Positions 1 to 8,522 of a DNA stretch of 24,394 bases are shown one piece after another. A program made the translations under genes and the position numbers. The stretch is taken from positions 1 through 24,394 of the forward strand of contig JAZUQR010000020.1 of the NCBI GenBank assembly GCA_045605805.1, given 5' to 3'. This DNA comes from Alphaproteobacteria bacterium (GTDB taxonomy: Bacteria; Pseudomonadota; Alphaproteobacteria; CAAHEQ01; UBA3637). The notes beneath the pieces were generated by a model. The model searched no databases, was not told where the DNA came from, and worked only from the letters and a program-made list of their open reading frames with translations. Position 1 is the stretch's first letter, and the number at the start of each line of letters is the position of its first letter.

Positions 1-60
1 CCATTTATTACAGGTCTTAAACCAAGATAACCCATTGAAAAATAACGAAAAAATTGTTCA

Positions 61-70
61 GGGGGGGGGG
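61..70. repeat. G10 homopolymer upstream of the pilin-like gene (possible slipped-strand phase-variation tract)
   Basis: Ten consecutive G in an AT-rich intergenic context, flanked by TTGTTC (54-59) and TATTGT (71-76). Confidence 0.75.
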
Positions 71-126
71 TATTGTAAATCCTTCATAACAGGGGGCAAC
101 GCCCGCTGTTTGATAAACTTTAACCG

Positions 127-167
127 CACCGACCGGATGGCCACAAGCCATCGGCCGGTGTTTTTTT
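127..167 (+). terminator. Intrinsic terminator-like hairpin just upstream of the pilin-like gene
   Basis: CACCGACCGGATGGC-cacaa-GCCATCGGCCGGTG (one mismatch, one bulge) followed by T7; ends 24 nt before the ATG at 192. Confidence 0.65.
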
Positions 168-191
168 AACCAAAAAAAAGGAGAATAAAAA

Positions 192-1661
192 ATGAAACAA
201 ATCAAACAAGAAACCGGCCGTTCTATGGTTGAAATGCTGGGCGTTTTGGCTGTGATAGGCGTGCTGAGCGTGGGCGGTATCTCGGGCTATACGCTGGCCA
301 TGAACAAACATCGGGCCAACAGCGTGGCGGCCGACTTGATGAAACGAGCCGTGGTGATTTCTGCCCAACGCCAATTGGGGCAACAAAACCCAAATATGGA
401 TGGTTTTGGCAATACAGTGGGAGAGTATGAGCTAACTTTACCTATCAGCACAGATAATGCCAATCAAACTTTTGGCATGACGGTTCAAGCTGTGCCAGAA
501 GAAGTGTGTGAAAAGATTTTGGCATTGGATTGGGATAATGCCACCATTAGCCCTGACACAGCAGAAGGGTGTGATGGAGGCGATATGACCTTCACCTATA
601 ATAACGACCTCAGCCCTGTCACCGGCAGCGGTAGCACAGGCGGCGAAGGCACGGATACCCCACCAGAACAAAACTGCGAAGGTGCAGGCAACGCTTGTCA
701 AAAATGTGAAGATGGCGCATGGGTGGCGGATACAGATAAGAACAGCCAATCGTGTGACGGCGGACTGTGTTGGAATGGTCAGTGTAGGCCGTGTAACGGT
801 GAAATTCATGATGGCTATTGTTGTCCAGTCGGCACTTCTTACTATGAAGACTCGAGACAATGTTGCTCCGAATCTTATTATTGTGTTAGCGGTGGACAAG
901 ACTTATATTGTGTAGAGACCGATGAAGAGGGCGCTTGTGTCGGTTGGGAATTATGTGAAGAAGGCCAAAGTAGCTTAGGTGCAATTATTGGTACCCCAAA
1001 AGCAGTTGGACATTGTGCTGGCGTGGAAAAATATTGCGAGTTCACCGATGCGGGGGGAGAATGTCTTGGCATTGCTGATTGTCTGGCAGGAAAAAGTACC
1101 GGTATGAGTATTGTTGGAACACCAAATGCAACAGGAAGCTGTAATGGTGAGAACGAGATAGAGGTCTATTGTAAAATGACTGATGCCCAAGGTGAGTGCA
1201 TTGACTCATGGTCTTGTGCTCAAGGAAAAAGCACCCTAAATCAAATTGAAGGTATCCCAAATGCGACCGGAAACTGCGCAGATGAAGGGAACGAAGTGTT
1301 TTGTTGGAGTACAAATGCCCAAGGACAATGTCAAGTATGGAAGGTCTGCCCCGCAGGAAAAGGTGTTTCAGCTAGTGGTGCAAATGCATTAGGTTCGTGT
1401 AGCGGTGTGACGGATGGCCTGTATTGTGATACTGCTAATGAGGATGGTGGTTGTCTTTTTTGGCGTAAATGTGCAGGAGAACATACCGGCGCTCGGATTA
1501 TTGGCTTTCCATATGGGGAAGGTGCTTGCGCTGGTGCAGGTGAAGAACTGTACTGTGGTGAAACAAACGAAGAAGGACAATGCTGGTCATGGTCTACCTG
1601 TGCCGAAGGCAAAAGTACCTCGGCCACAGGTCCAAGTGCACAAGGAACTTGTGACTTGTAA
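192..1661 (+). CDS. Type IV pilin/pseudopilin-like protein (class III signal) with Cys-rich C-terminal repeats, 489 aa
   Basis: RBS AAGGAG near 178-183. N-terminus MKQIKQETG|RSMVEMLGVLAVIGVLSVGGI has a short leader, Gly at -1, Glu at +5 and a hydrophobic helix. Then a pilin-sized head with two Cys, a Gly/Thr linker and a Cys-rich tail (38 Cys in total by hand count). Confidence 0.85.
   Translation: MKQIKQETGRSMVEMLGVLAVIGVLSVGGISGYTLAMNKHRANSVAADLMKRAVVISAQRQLGQQNPNMDGFGNTVGEYELTLPISTDNANQTFGMTVQAVPEEVCEKILALDWDNATISPDTAEGCDGGDMTFTYNNDLSPVTGSGSTGGEGTDTPPEQNCEGAGNACQKCEDGAWVADTDKNSQSCDGGLCWNGQCRPCNGEIHDGYCCPVGTSYYEDSRQCCSESYYCVSGGQDLYCVETDEEGACVGWELCEEGQSSLGAIIGTPKAVGHCAGVEKYCEFTDAGGECLGIADCLAGKSTGMSIVGTPNATGSCNGENEIEVYCKMTDAQGECIDSWSCAQGKSTLNQIEGIPNATGNCADEGNEVFCWSTNAQGQCQVWKVCPAGKGVSASGANALGSCSGVTDGLYCDTANEDGGCLFWRKCAGEHTGARIIGFPYGEGACAGAGEELYCGETNEEGQCWSWSTCAEGKSTSATGPSAQGTCDL
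903..1658 (+). repeat. Six tandem ~37-45 aa protein repeats, [YF]C-x8-C-x5-C-x16-19-C
   Basis: Units start LYCVETDEEGAC, KYCEFTDAGGEC, VYCKMTDAQGEC, VFCWSTNAQGQC, LYCDTANEDGGC and LYCGETNEEGQC, each ending G-x-C. Confidence 0.9.
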
Positions 1662-1684
1662 ATCAGTTGGTTCATTGCCAAACT

Positions 1685-1713
1685 TCCCCCGACCCAAAAT
1701 CGGGGGATTTTTT
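1685..1713 (+). terminator. Rho-independent terminator of the pilin-like gene
   Basis: TCCCCCGA-cccaaaa-TCGGGGGA perfect 8-bp stem followed by T6, 23 nt after the stop codon. Confidence 0.85.
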
Positions 1714-1797
1714 ATGGCGAGGGAAGGGAGACGATAAGAAGGATTGAATAAATCAGCGAACAAATTGGAAAAAGCATAAAAAACTTCAAAAAAAGGC

Positions 1798-1826
1798 TTG
1801 ACAGAAGGGAAAAAGTCGGTTATAAT
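1798..1826 (+). promoter_or_regulatory. Sigma70 promoter of the str-S10-spc operon
   Basis: TTGACA (1798-1803), 17-nt spacer, TATAAT (1821-1826), with A-tracts upstream resembling an UP element. Confidence 0.92.
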
Positions 1827-1832
1827 AACCCC

Positions 1833-2016
1833 ACTTGTTCGATACTTTTTGGGGTTCTTTTGGAAAAGAATTGCCGGAAAAATCGGGAAGTTCGTTCAAT
1901 AAAATCAAGCATTTATTGCAAGATGGTGTTGGATAAGATGAACGCTTTCGTCCGCTTGAAACAGGTTGATGAAAGATTTTTTGTGAATAAGTAAGGTAAA
2001 AAGGAAAATATAAAAA
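1833..2016 (+). promoter_or_regulatory. Long structured 5' leader of rpsL
   Basis: About 185 nt between the predicted start site and ATG, with three hairpins (about 1840-1885, 1897-1918, 1937-1952) and a possible loop pairing 1905-1910/1954-1959. Confidence 0.5.
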
Positions 2017-2388
2017 ATGCCTACAATTAACCAATTGATCCGCAAGGGTCGTAAAGAAATCGTAAAGCGGAACAAAGTTCCAGCTTTGAAGGCGTGTCCA
2101 CAAAAACGTGGTGTGTGTACACGTGTATATACAACAACCCCTAAAAAACCGAACTCAGCTTTGCGTAAAGTGGCTCGTGTTCGTTTAACAAACGGTTTTG
2201 AAGTAACGTCATATATTCCAGGTGAAGGACATAACTTGCAAGAACACAGCGTTGTCATGATTCGTGGCGGACGTGTGAAAGACTTGCCTGGTGTGCGTTA
2301 TCATATTATTCGTGGTACCCTTGATACGCAAGGTGTTGCTAATCGTAAACAAGCTCGTTCGCTGTACGGCGCAAAACGGCCAAAATAA
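2017..2388 (+). CDS. rpsL: 30S ribosomal protein S12
   Basis: [20 protein letters not shown] and [12 protein letters not shown] motifs. Confidence 0.99.
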   Translation: MPTINQLIRKGRKEIVKRNKVPALKACPQKRGVCTRVYTTTPKKPNSALRKVARVRLTNGFEVTSYIPGEGHNLQEHSVVMIRGGRVKDLPGVRYHIIRGTLDTQGVANRKQARSLYGAKRPK

Positions 2389-2400
2389 GGAGAAGAAAAA

Positions 2401-2871
2401 ATGTCCCGTAGACATGCTGCAATTAAACGTGAAGTGGTGGCCGATGCGAAGTATAACGACATCGTTGTTGCCAAGTTTATGAACTGCTTGATGCTTGCTG
2501 GTAAAAAATCGGTGGCAGAAAGTATTGTATATGGTGCTTTTGATGATATTGAAGCCAAGTTGAAACAACCGGCTTTGGAAGTGTTCAAAGAAGCATTAAA
2601 CAATGTAAAACCTCAATTGGAAGTGCGTTCTCGCCGTGTGGGTGGTGCAAACTATCCAATTCCAACAGAAGTTCGTCCTGATCGTCAACAAGCCTTGGCG
2701 ATTCGCTGGATTATTGGCGCAGCCCGTGATCGCAGTGAAAAAACAATGACAGAACGTCTGGCTGCTGAATTGGTGGAAGCATTTAATAATCGTGGTGCCG
2801 CTGTTCGCAAACGTGAAGATGTACATCGTATGGCCGAAGCCAATAAGGCTTTTGCTCACTTTAAGTGGTAA
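2401..2871 (+). CDS. rpsG: 30S ribosomal protein S7
   Basis: [12 protein letters not shown] and [13 protein letters not shown] motifs; follows rpsL. Confidence 0.99.
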   Translation: MSRRHAAIKREVVADAKYNDIVVAKFMNCLMLAGKKSVAESIVYGAFDDIEAKLKQPALEVFKEALNNVKPQLEVRSRRVGGANYPIPTEVRPDRQQALAIRWIIGAARDRSEKTMTERLAAELVEAFNNRGAAVRKREDVHRMAEANKAFAHFKW

Positions 2872-2880
2872 GGGGGAACT

Positions 2881-4959
2881 ATGGCAAGAGAAACACCGAT
2901 TGAAAAATATCGCAACATTGGTATTATGGCGCACATTGACGCCGGTAAAACAACAACAACAGAACGTATCTTGTACTATACAGGTAAAACACATAAGATT
3001 GGTGAAACACACGATGGTGATTCAACAATGGACTGGATGGAACAAGAACAAGAACGTGGTATTACCATTACATCTGCTGCAACAACGGCCTTTTGGCGTG
3101 AACACCGTGTGAACGTGATTGACACACCAGGGCACGTGGACTTCACCATTGAGGTGGAACGTTGCTTGCGTGTATTGGATGGTGCTGTGGCTGTGTTCGG
3201 TGGTGTGGAAGGTGTTGAACCACAATCCGAAACAGTGTGGCGTCAAGCTGATAAATATGGCGTTCCTCGCATCTGTTTTGTAAATAAAATGGACCGTATT
3301 GGTGCCGATTTTCCACGCTGCGTGAGAATGATTAAAGAACGCTTGGGGGCTCGTCCGATGGTGATGACATACCCAATCGGGGCCGAATCCAACTTTGTGG
3401 GTGTGGTTGATATTTTGAACAATCGTGCTGTTGTGTGGAACTCTGAAGATTTGGGGGCCACTTTTGAATACAAAGAAGTACCGGCCGAATTAAAGGAAAT
3501 CTGTGATACTTATCGTCAAGAAATGATTGAAATGGCTGTGGAAATGGATGATGCAGCTATGGAAGCCTATTTGGAAGGAAACGAACCAGATATGGCCACA
3601 TTGATGAAATGTATCCGCAAAGGAACAATTGAACAAAAATTCGTTCCTGTGTTGTGCGGTTCTGCTTTCAAAAACAAAGGTGTGCAATTATTGTTGGACG
3701 CTGTGGTGGATTACTTGCCATCTCCAATTGATATTCCACAATCTCGTGGGATTGATGCCAAAACAGATGCCGAATATGTTTGCGCTTCTGATGATGACAA
3801 ACCATTGGCAGCCTTGGCCTTTAAGGTGATGAATGACCCATATGTTGGTTCTTTAACTTTTGCCCGTATCTATCAAGGAACATTGTCTTCCGGTACATAT
3901 GTGCGCAACAGCGTGAAAGAAGAAAAAGAACGTATTGGTCGTATGTTGTTGATGCATGCAAACCATCGTGAAGATATCAAAGAAGCTCGTGCGGGTGATA
4001 TCGTTGCCTTGGTCGGTTTGAAAGAAACAACAACAGGTGATACCTTATGTGCCGAAAACATGAATGTGGTTTTGGAAAAGATGGAGTTCCCTGATCCGGT
4101 GATTGAAATTGCCGTTGAGCCAAAAACAAAAGCTGATGTTGAAAAAATGGGTATGGCTTTGAACCGTTTGGCTATTGAAGATCCTTCTTTCCGTGTGTCT
4201 TCCAATGGTGAAACAGGGCAAACCATCATTAAAGGGATGGGTGAATTGCACTTGGACATCATTGTTGACCGTTTGAAACGTGAGTTTAAGGTTGAAGCCA
4301 ATGTGGGTGCTCCACAAGTGGCTTATCGTGAAACAATCGGTAAATCCTATGATGAAGATTATACACACAAGAAACAATCCGGTGGTGCCGGTCAATTTGC
4401 TCGTGTGAAAATTAAATTTGAACCATTGCCACCAGGATCTGGTTTCCAATTTGAAAACACAGTTGTGGGCGGTAATGTTCCAAAAGAATATATTCCAGGT
4501 GTGGAAAAAGGGCTGCGTCAAGCATTAGAAACCGGCGTTTTGGCTGGCTTCCCTTGCACAGACTTCAAGGCCAACCTGTATGATGGTGCTTATCACGATG
4601 TTGACTCCAATGTGATGTGCTTTGAAATTGCTGCACGTGCCGCCTTCCGTGAAGGTATGGCAAAGGCTGCACCAAAATTGTTAGAGCCAATCATGAAAGT
4701 TGAAATTGTGACACCAGAAGAATATATGGGAGATATTATCGGTGATTTGAACTCTCGCCGTGGCCAGGTCAATAACATGGATTCCCGTGGGAACGCCCGT
4801 GTCATTGATGCAACAGTGCCTTTGGCTCAGATGTTCGGTTATGTGGGCAACCTCCGTGGTATGAGCCAAGGTCGGGCCCAATACACAATGCAATTCTCGC
4901 ACTATGCTGATGTGCCACAAGCAATTGCAGACGAAATCAAAGCCAAAATGGCTGGTTAA
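2881..4959 (+). CDS. fusA: Elongation factor G
   Basis: [23 protein letters not shown] GTPase motifs; GMGELHLDI and [10 protein letters not shown]; 692 aa. Confidence 0.99.
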   Translation: MARETPIEKYRNIGIMAHIDAGKTTTTERILYYTGKTHKIGETHDGDSTMDWMEQEQERGITITSAATTAFWREHRVNVIDTPGHVDFTIEVERCLRVLDGAVAVFGGVEGVEPQSETVWRQADKYGVPRICFVNKMDRIGADFPRCVRMIKERLGARPMVMTYPIGAESNFVGVVDILNNRAVVWNSEDLGATFEYKEVPAELKEICDTYRQEMIEMAVEMDDAAMEAYLEGNEPDMATLMKCIRKGTIEQKFVPVLCGSAFKNKGVQLLLDAVVDYLPSPIDIPQSRGIDAKTDAEYVCASDDDKPLAALAFKVMNDPYVGSLTFARIYQGTLSSGTYVRNSVKEEKERIGRMLLMHANHREDIKEARAGDIVALVGLKETTTGDTLCAENMNVVLEKMEFPDPVIEIAVEPKTKADVEKMGMALNRLAIEDPSFRVSSNGETGQTIIKGMGELHLDIIVDRLKREFKVEANVGAPQVAYRETIGKSYDEDYTHKKQSGGAGQFARVKIKFEPLPPGSGFQFENTVVGGNVPKEYIPGVEKGLRQALETGVLAGFPCTDFKANLYDGAYHDVDSNVMCFEIAARAAFREGMAKAAPKLLEPIMKVEIVTPEEYMGDIIGDLNSRRGQVNNMDSRGNARVIDATVPLAQMFGYVGNLRGMSQGRAQYTMQFSHYADVPQAIADEIKAKMAG

Positions 4960-4971
4960 GGAGAAAGAAAA

Positions 4972-5274
4972 ATGGATAAAATTAGAATTCGTTTAGAAGC
5001 ATTTGATCACGGGGTGTTGGATCAATCTACCCGTGAGATTCTCAATACAGCAAAGCGTACGGGGGCTCAAGTAGTTGGGCCAATTCCGTTGCCAACTCGT
5101 ATTGAAAAATTCACAGTGAACCGTTCTGTCCATGTGGATAAGAAGTCACGTGAGCAATTTGAAATCAGAACCCACAAGCGGGTGCTCGACATTATTGATC
5201 CGACACCACAAACGGTTGATGCCCTTATGAAATTGGACCTCGCCGCCGGTGTAGATGTTGAGATTAAAGTGTAA
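4972..5274 (+). CDS. rpsJ: 30S ribosomal protein S10
   Basis: [22 protein letters not shown] and [12 protein letters not shown] motifs. Confidence 0.99.
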   Translation: MDKIRIRLEAFDHGVLDQSTREILNTAKRTGAQVVGPIPLPTRIEKFTVNRSVHVDKKSREQFEIRTHKRVLDIIDPTPQTVDALMKLDLAAGVDVEIKV

Positions 5275-5286
5275 AGGAAAAAGACA

Positions 5287-6030
5287 ATGCGTACAGGTGT
5301 AATCGCAAAAAAAGTCGGTATGATGGGTCTGTTCCAAGAAAACGGGGAACGTATTCCTGTCACTGTTTTGGAAATTGACAGTACAGTAATTGATGTCCGT
5401 ACACAGGAAAAAGACGGCTATACCGCTGTCCAATTGGGCTATGGCAAAGTTAAAGAAAAGAACGTTGCCAAACCACAAAAAGGACATTTCGCAAAATTAA
5501 AACAAGAACCGAAAAAAACTTTGGTTGAATTCCGTGTATCGGAAAACTGCATTGTGCCAGCTGGTTCCGTTATTGGTGCCAATCACTTTGTAGTGGGCCA
5601 ATTGGTTGATGTGGTCGGTGTTTCCTTAGGTAAAGGGTATGCTGGTGTGATGAAACGCCACAACTTCCATGGTGACAACGCTTCTCACGGTGTGTCCAGA
5701 ACACATCGTGCCGGTGGTTCTACCGGTAACCGTGAATGGCCCGGTCGTGTGGTGAAAAACCGCCCGATGCCTGGTCAATTGGGAAATGAACAAGTCACTG
5801 TCCAAAACTTGGAAGTGGTTGCAATTGACGAAGCCCGTAATTTGGTTATGGTTCGTGGGGGTGTCCCTGGCTATGACGGAGCGATGGTGTTTATCAATGA
5901 TGCCAAAAAGCGTTCCAAACAAGCTGTTGGTCCCGTTCCAGCCGGCTTAAAGGCTTCCGAAGTTAAAGAAGAAGTAAAGGCTGAACCTGTGGTTGAAACC
6001 GCAGCTCCTGCCGAAGAAGTAAAGGAATAA
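5287..6030 (+). CDS. rplC: 50S ribosomal protein L3
   Basis: [14 protein letters not shown] and [13 protein letters not shown] motifs; position in the S10 operon. Confidence 0.99.
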   Translation: MRTGVIAKKVGMMGLFQENGERIPVTVLEIDSTVIDVRTQEKDGYTAVQLGYGKVKEKNVAKPQKGHFAKLKQEPKKTLVEFRVSENCIVPAGSVIGANHFVVGQLVDVVGVSLGKGYAGVMKRHNFHGDNASHGVSRTHRAGGSTGNREWPGRVVKNRPMPGQLGNEQVTVQNLEVVAIDEARNLVMVRGGVPGYDGAMVFINDAKKRSKQAVGPVPAGLKASEVKEEVKAEPVVETAAPAEEVKE

Positions 6031-6033
6031 ACC

Positions 6034-6654
6034 ATGAAGTATGATGTAGTAGATTTATCTGCGAAAAAGGTCGGAAGTATTGAGCTGAACGATACAGTGT
6101 TCGGTGCCGAAGTACGCAAAGACATTCTCGCTCGTGTGATTCAATGGCAATTAGACAAACGTCGTGCCGGTACGCATAAAACAAAAGATAAAGGTGAAGT
6201 CAGTGGTTCCAGCATTAAACCATTCCGCCAAAAAGGAACAGGTCGTGCTCGTCAGGGTGAAAAACGTGCCCCACAAATGTATCACGGTGGTGTTGTTTTT
6301 GGCCCAGTTGTGCGTTCTCACGCATATGGCTTGACCAAAAAATTGCGTGCAAAAGCTATGAAAGTGGCTTTATCCACCAAAGTTGCTGAAAACAAACTGT
6401 TTATCTTGGATGATATGACAGCCAGCAAAATCAGCACAAAAGCCTTTGAAAAAACATTCAAAGAAAACAAATGGAACTCCATTTTGTTTGTTGGTGGTGA
6501 AACACTGGACGAAAAGTTTGTGTTATCTGCCCGTAACATCAAAAATGTTGATGTTTTGCCGGTGCAAGGCGCAAATGTGTATGATATGATGCGTCGTGAT
6601 ATCTTGGTGTTATCCAAGGAAGCGGCTGAAAAATTGGAAGGACGGTTAGCCTAA
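6034..6654 (+). CDS. rplD: 50S ribosomal protein L4
   Basis: [20 protein letters not shown] and GGVVFGP motifs. Confidence 0.99.
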   Translation: MKYDVVDLSAKKVGSIELNDTVFGAEVRKDILARVIQWQLDKRRAGTHKTKDKGEVSGSSIKPFRQKGTGRARQGEKRAPQMYHGGVVFGPVVRSHAYGLTKKLRAKAMKVALSTKVAENKLFILDDMTASKISTKAFEKTFKENKWNSILFVGGETLDEKFVLSARNIKNVDVLPVQGANVYDMMRRDILVLSKEAAEKLEGRLA

Positions 6655-6971
6655 TGATTAAAAAGTCCGAAAAGAAAGAATTGACACCAAAAATGACAGA
6701 CGTTCTTGTGCGTCCTGTGATTACGGAAAAGGCCATGAAGGCCGGCGAAAACGGTCAGGTTGTGTTTGAAGTGTCCAAAGACGCCACAAAACCAGCCATT
6801 AAAGAAGCTGTTGAAGCCGTATTTGGTGTAGAAGTGAAAGCAGTGAATACATTAAACCAAAAAGGAAAAGTGAAGTTTTTCCGTGGTCGCAAAGGTGTTC
6901 GCTCCGATGTAAAAAAAGCAATCATTACATTGGCCAAAGGCCAAACAATTGATGTGACAGCGGGGGTGTAA
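6654..6971 (+). CDS. rplW: 50S ribosomal protein L23
   Basis: [31 protein letters not shown] and KKAIITL; TAATG overlap with the rplD stop. Confidence 0.98.
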   Translation: MIKKSEKKELTPKMTDVLVRPVITEKAMKAGENGQVVFEVSKDATKPAIKEAVEAVFGVEVKAVNTLNQKGKVKFFRGRKGVRSDVKKAIITLAKGQTIDVTAGV

Positions 6972-6972
6972 G

Positions 6973-7800
6973 ATGGCATTAAAGAAAACAAAAGCTACAG
7001 GAAACGCAAACAGAGCCTTAATCGGTATTGATCGTTCTGAATTGCACAAAGGCGCTCCGGTTAAAACATTGGTTGAAGGCAAAAAATCCACAGGTGGCCG
7101 CAACAATCATGGTCACATTACCTCTCGTCGTCGTGGCGGCGGTGTGAAACAAGCCTATCGCTTGGTGGATTTCAAACGCAAAAAGATGGACATTCCTGCC
7201 GTTGTGGAACGTTTGGAATACGATCCAAATCGTACAGCCTTCATTGCTTTGATTAAATATGAAGACGGTGAATTGTCTTACATTTTGGCACCACAACGCT
7301 TGGCCAAAGGGGATACAGTGATTTCTTCCGAAACAGCTGATATCAAGCCAGGTAATGCAATGCCATTAAAGAATATGCCAGTTGGTACAATTGTACATAA
7401 CATTGAGTTGCAACCTGGAAAAGGTGGTCAATTGGCTCGTTCCGCAGGCTGTTATGCTCAATTGATCGGTAAAGATGCCGGTTATGCTCAAATTCGTTTA
7501 AGCTCAGGCGAATTACGCTTGGTCTTGGTTGAATGCATGGCTTCTGTCGGTGCCGTTTCAAACCCAGATAATCAAAACACAGTATTGGCGAAGGCTGGTC
7601 GTGCCCGTTGGTTGGGTCGCCGTCCGTCCGTCCGTGGTATTGCGATGAACCCAGTGGATCACCCACATGGTGGTCGTACAAACGGTGGTCGCAACCCTGT
7701 GTCACCATGGGGCTGGAAGACCAAAGGTAAGAAGACAAGAAACAACAAGCGGACGAACAGCATGATTGTGCGTTCTCGTCACGCAGTGAAGAAAGCATAA
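6973..7800 (+). CDS. rplB: 50S ribosomal protein L2
   Basis: [22 protein letters not shown] and [10 protein letters not shown] motifs. Confidence 0.99.
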   Translation: MALKKTKATGNANRALIGIDRSELHKGAPVKTLVEGKKSTGGRNNHGHITSRRRGGGVKQAYRLVDFKRKKMDIPAVVERLEYDPNRTAFIALIKYEDGELSYILAPQRLAKGDTVISSETADIKPGNAMPLKNMPVGTIVHNIELQPGKGGQLARSAGCYAQLIGKDAGYAQIRLSSGELRLVLVECMASVGAVSNPDNQNTVLAKAGRARWLGRRPSVRGIAMNPVDHPHGGRTNGGRNPVSPWGWKTKGKKTRNNKRTNSMIVRSRHAVKKA

Positions 7801-7810
7801 GGAGGCATAG

Positions 7811-8095
7811 ATGACAAGATCTGTCAGAAAAGGACCGTTTGTTGATGGCTATCTGTTAAAGAAAGCTGATGAAGCCAAACAAAATGGTCGTCATGAAGTG
7901 ATTAAAACGTGGTCCCGTCGGTCCACAATCCTTCCTGATTTTGTGGGATTGACCTTTGGTGTTTATAACGGACACAAATTCATCCCAGTATTAGTGAATG
8001 AAAACATGGTTGGTCACAAGTTTGGTGAGTTCTCACCAACTCGTACCTTTACGAAACATACGGCTGCTGATGCCAAGGCAACACAGGAGAAGTAA
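7811..8095 (+). CDS. rpsS: 30S ribosomal protein S19
   Basis: [19 protein letters not shown] and [13 protein letters not shown] motifs. Confidence 0.99.
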   Translation: MTRSVRKGPFVDGYLLKKADEAKQNGRHEVIKTWSRRSTILPDFVGLTFGVYNGHKFIPVLVNENMVGHKFGEFSPTRTFTKHTAADAKATQEK

Positions 8096-8096
8096 A

Positions 8097-8522
8097 ATGA
8101 AAGAACAAGTAAAAACAGCTTACGCAAAAGCACGCACCATTCGTGTGTCTCCGCAAAAACTGAATTTAGTTGCCGAAACAATTCGTGGTTTGAAGGCTGA
8201 TAAAGCCTTGGCCGAATTGACCTTCTCAAAACGTCGTGTGGCTAAAGATGTAAAGAAAGTATTACAAGCTGCAATCGCCAATGCCGAACACAATTTTGGC
8301 TTGGATATTGATAAGCTTGTGGTGGCCGAAGCCTATGTAGGCAAAGCAATGGTGATGAAACGGTGGCATGCTGCTGCAAAAGGTGCAGGTCACAAGATTT
8401 TAAAGCCTTTTTCAAACTTAACAGTTGTTGTGGCTGAAAAAGAACCAGCCGCAAAAGCCGCCAAAAAACCGGCAAAAAAAGCTGTTAAAAGTGAAAAGAA
8501 AGAAGAAAAGGAGAGTGTCTAA
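8097..8522 (+). CDS. rplV: 50S ribosomal protein L22 with Lys/Ala-rich C-terminal tail
   Basis: [14 protein letters not shown] and AAIANAEHN. Start moved from 7998 to the ATG at 8097 (AGGAG upstream, 1 nt after the rpsS stop). Confidence 0.98.
   Translation: MKEQVKTAYAKARTIRVSPQKLNLVAETIRGLKADKALAELTFSKRRVAKDVKKVLQAAIANAEHNFGLDIDKLVVAEAYVGKAMVMKRWHAAAKGAGHKILKPFSNLTVVVAEKEPAAKAAKKPAKKAVKSEKKEEKESV

Noticed and set aside
903-1658. Pilin C-terminal repeats as a diversity-generating retroelement VR/TR pair
   Set aside because: Repeats are highly diverged at all bases rather than only at adenines, and no reverse transcriptase or template repeat is in the window.
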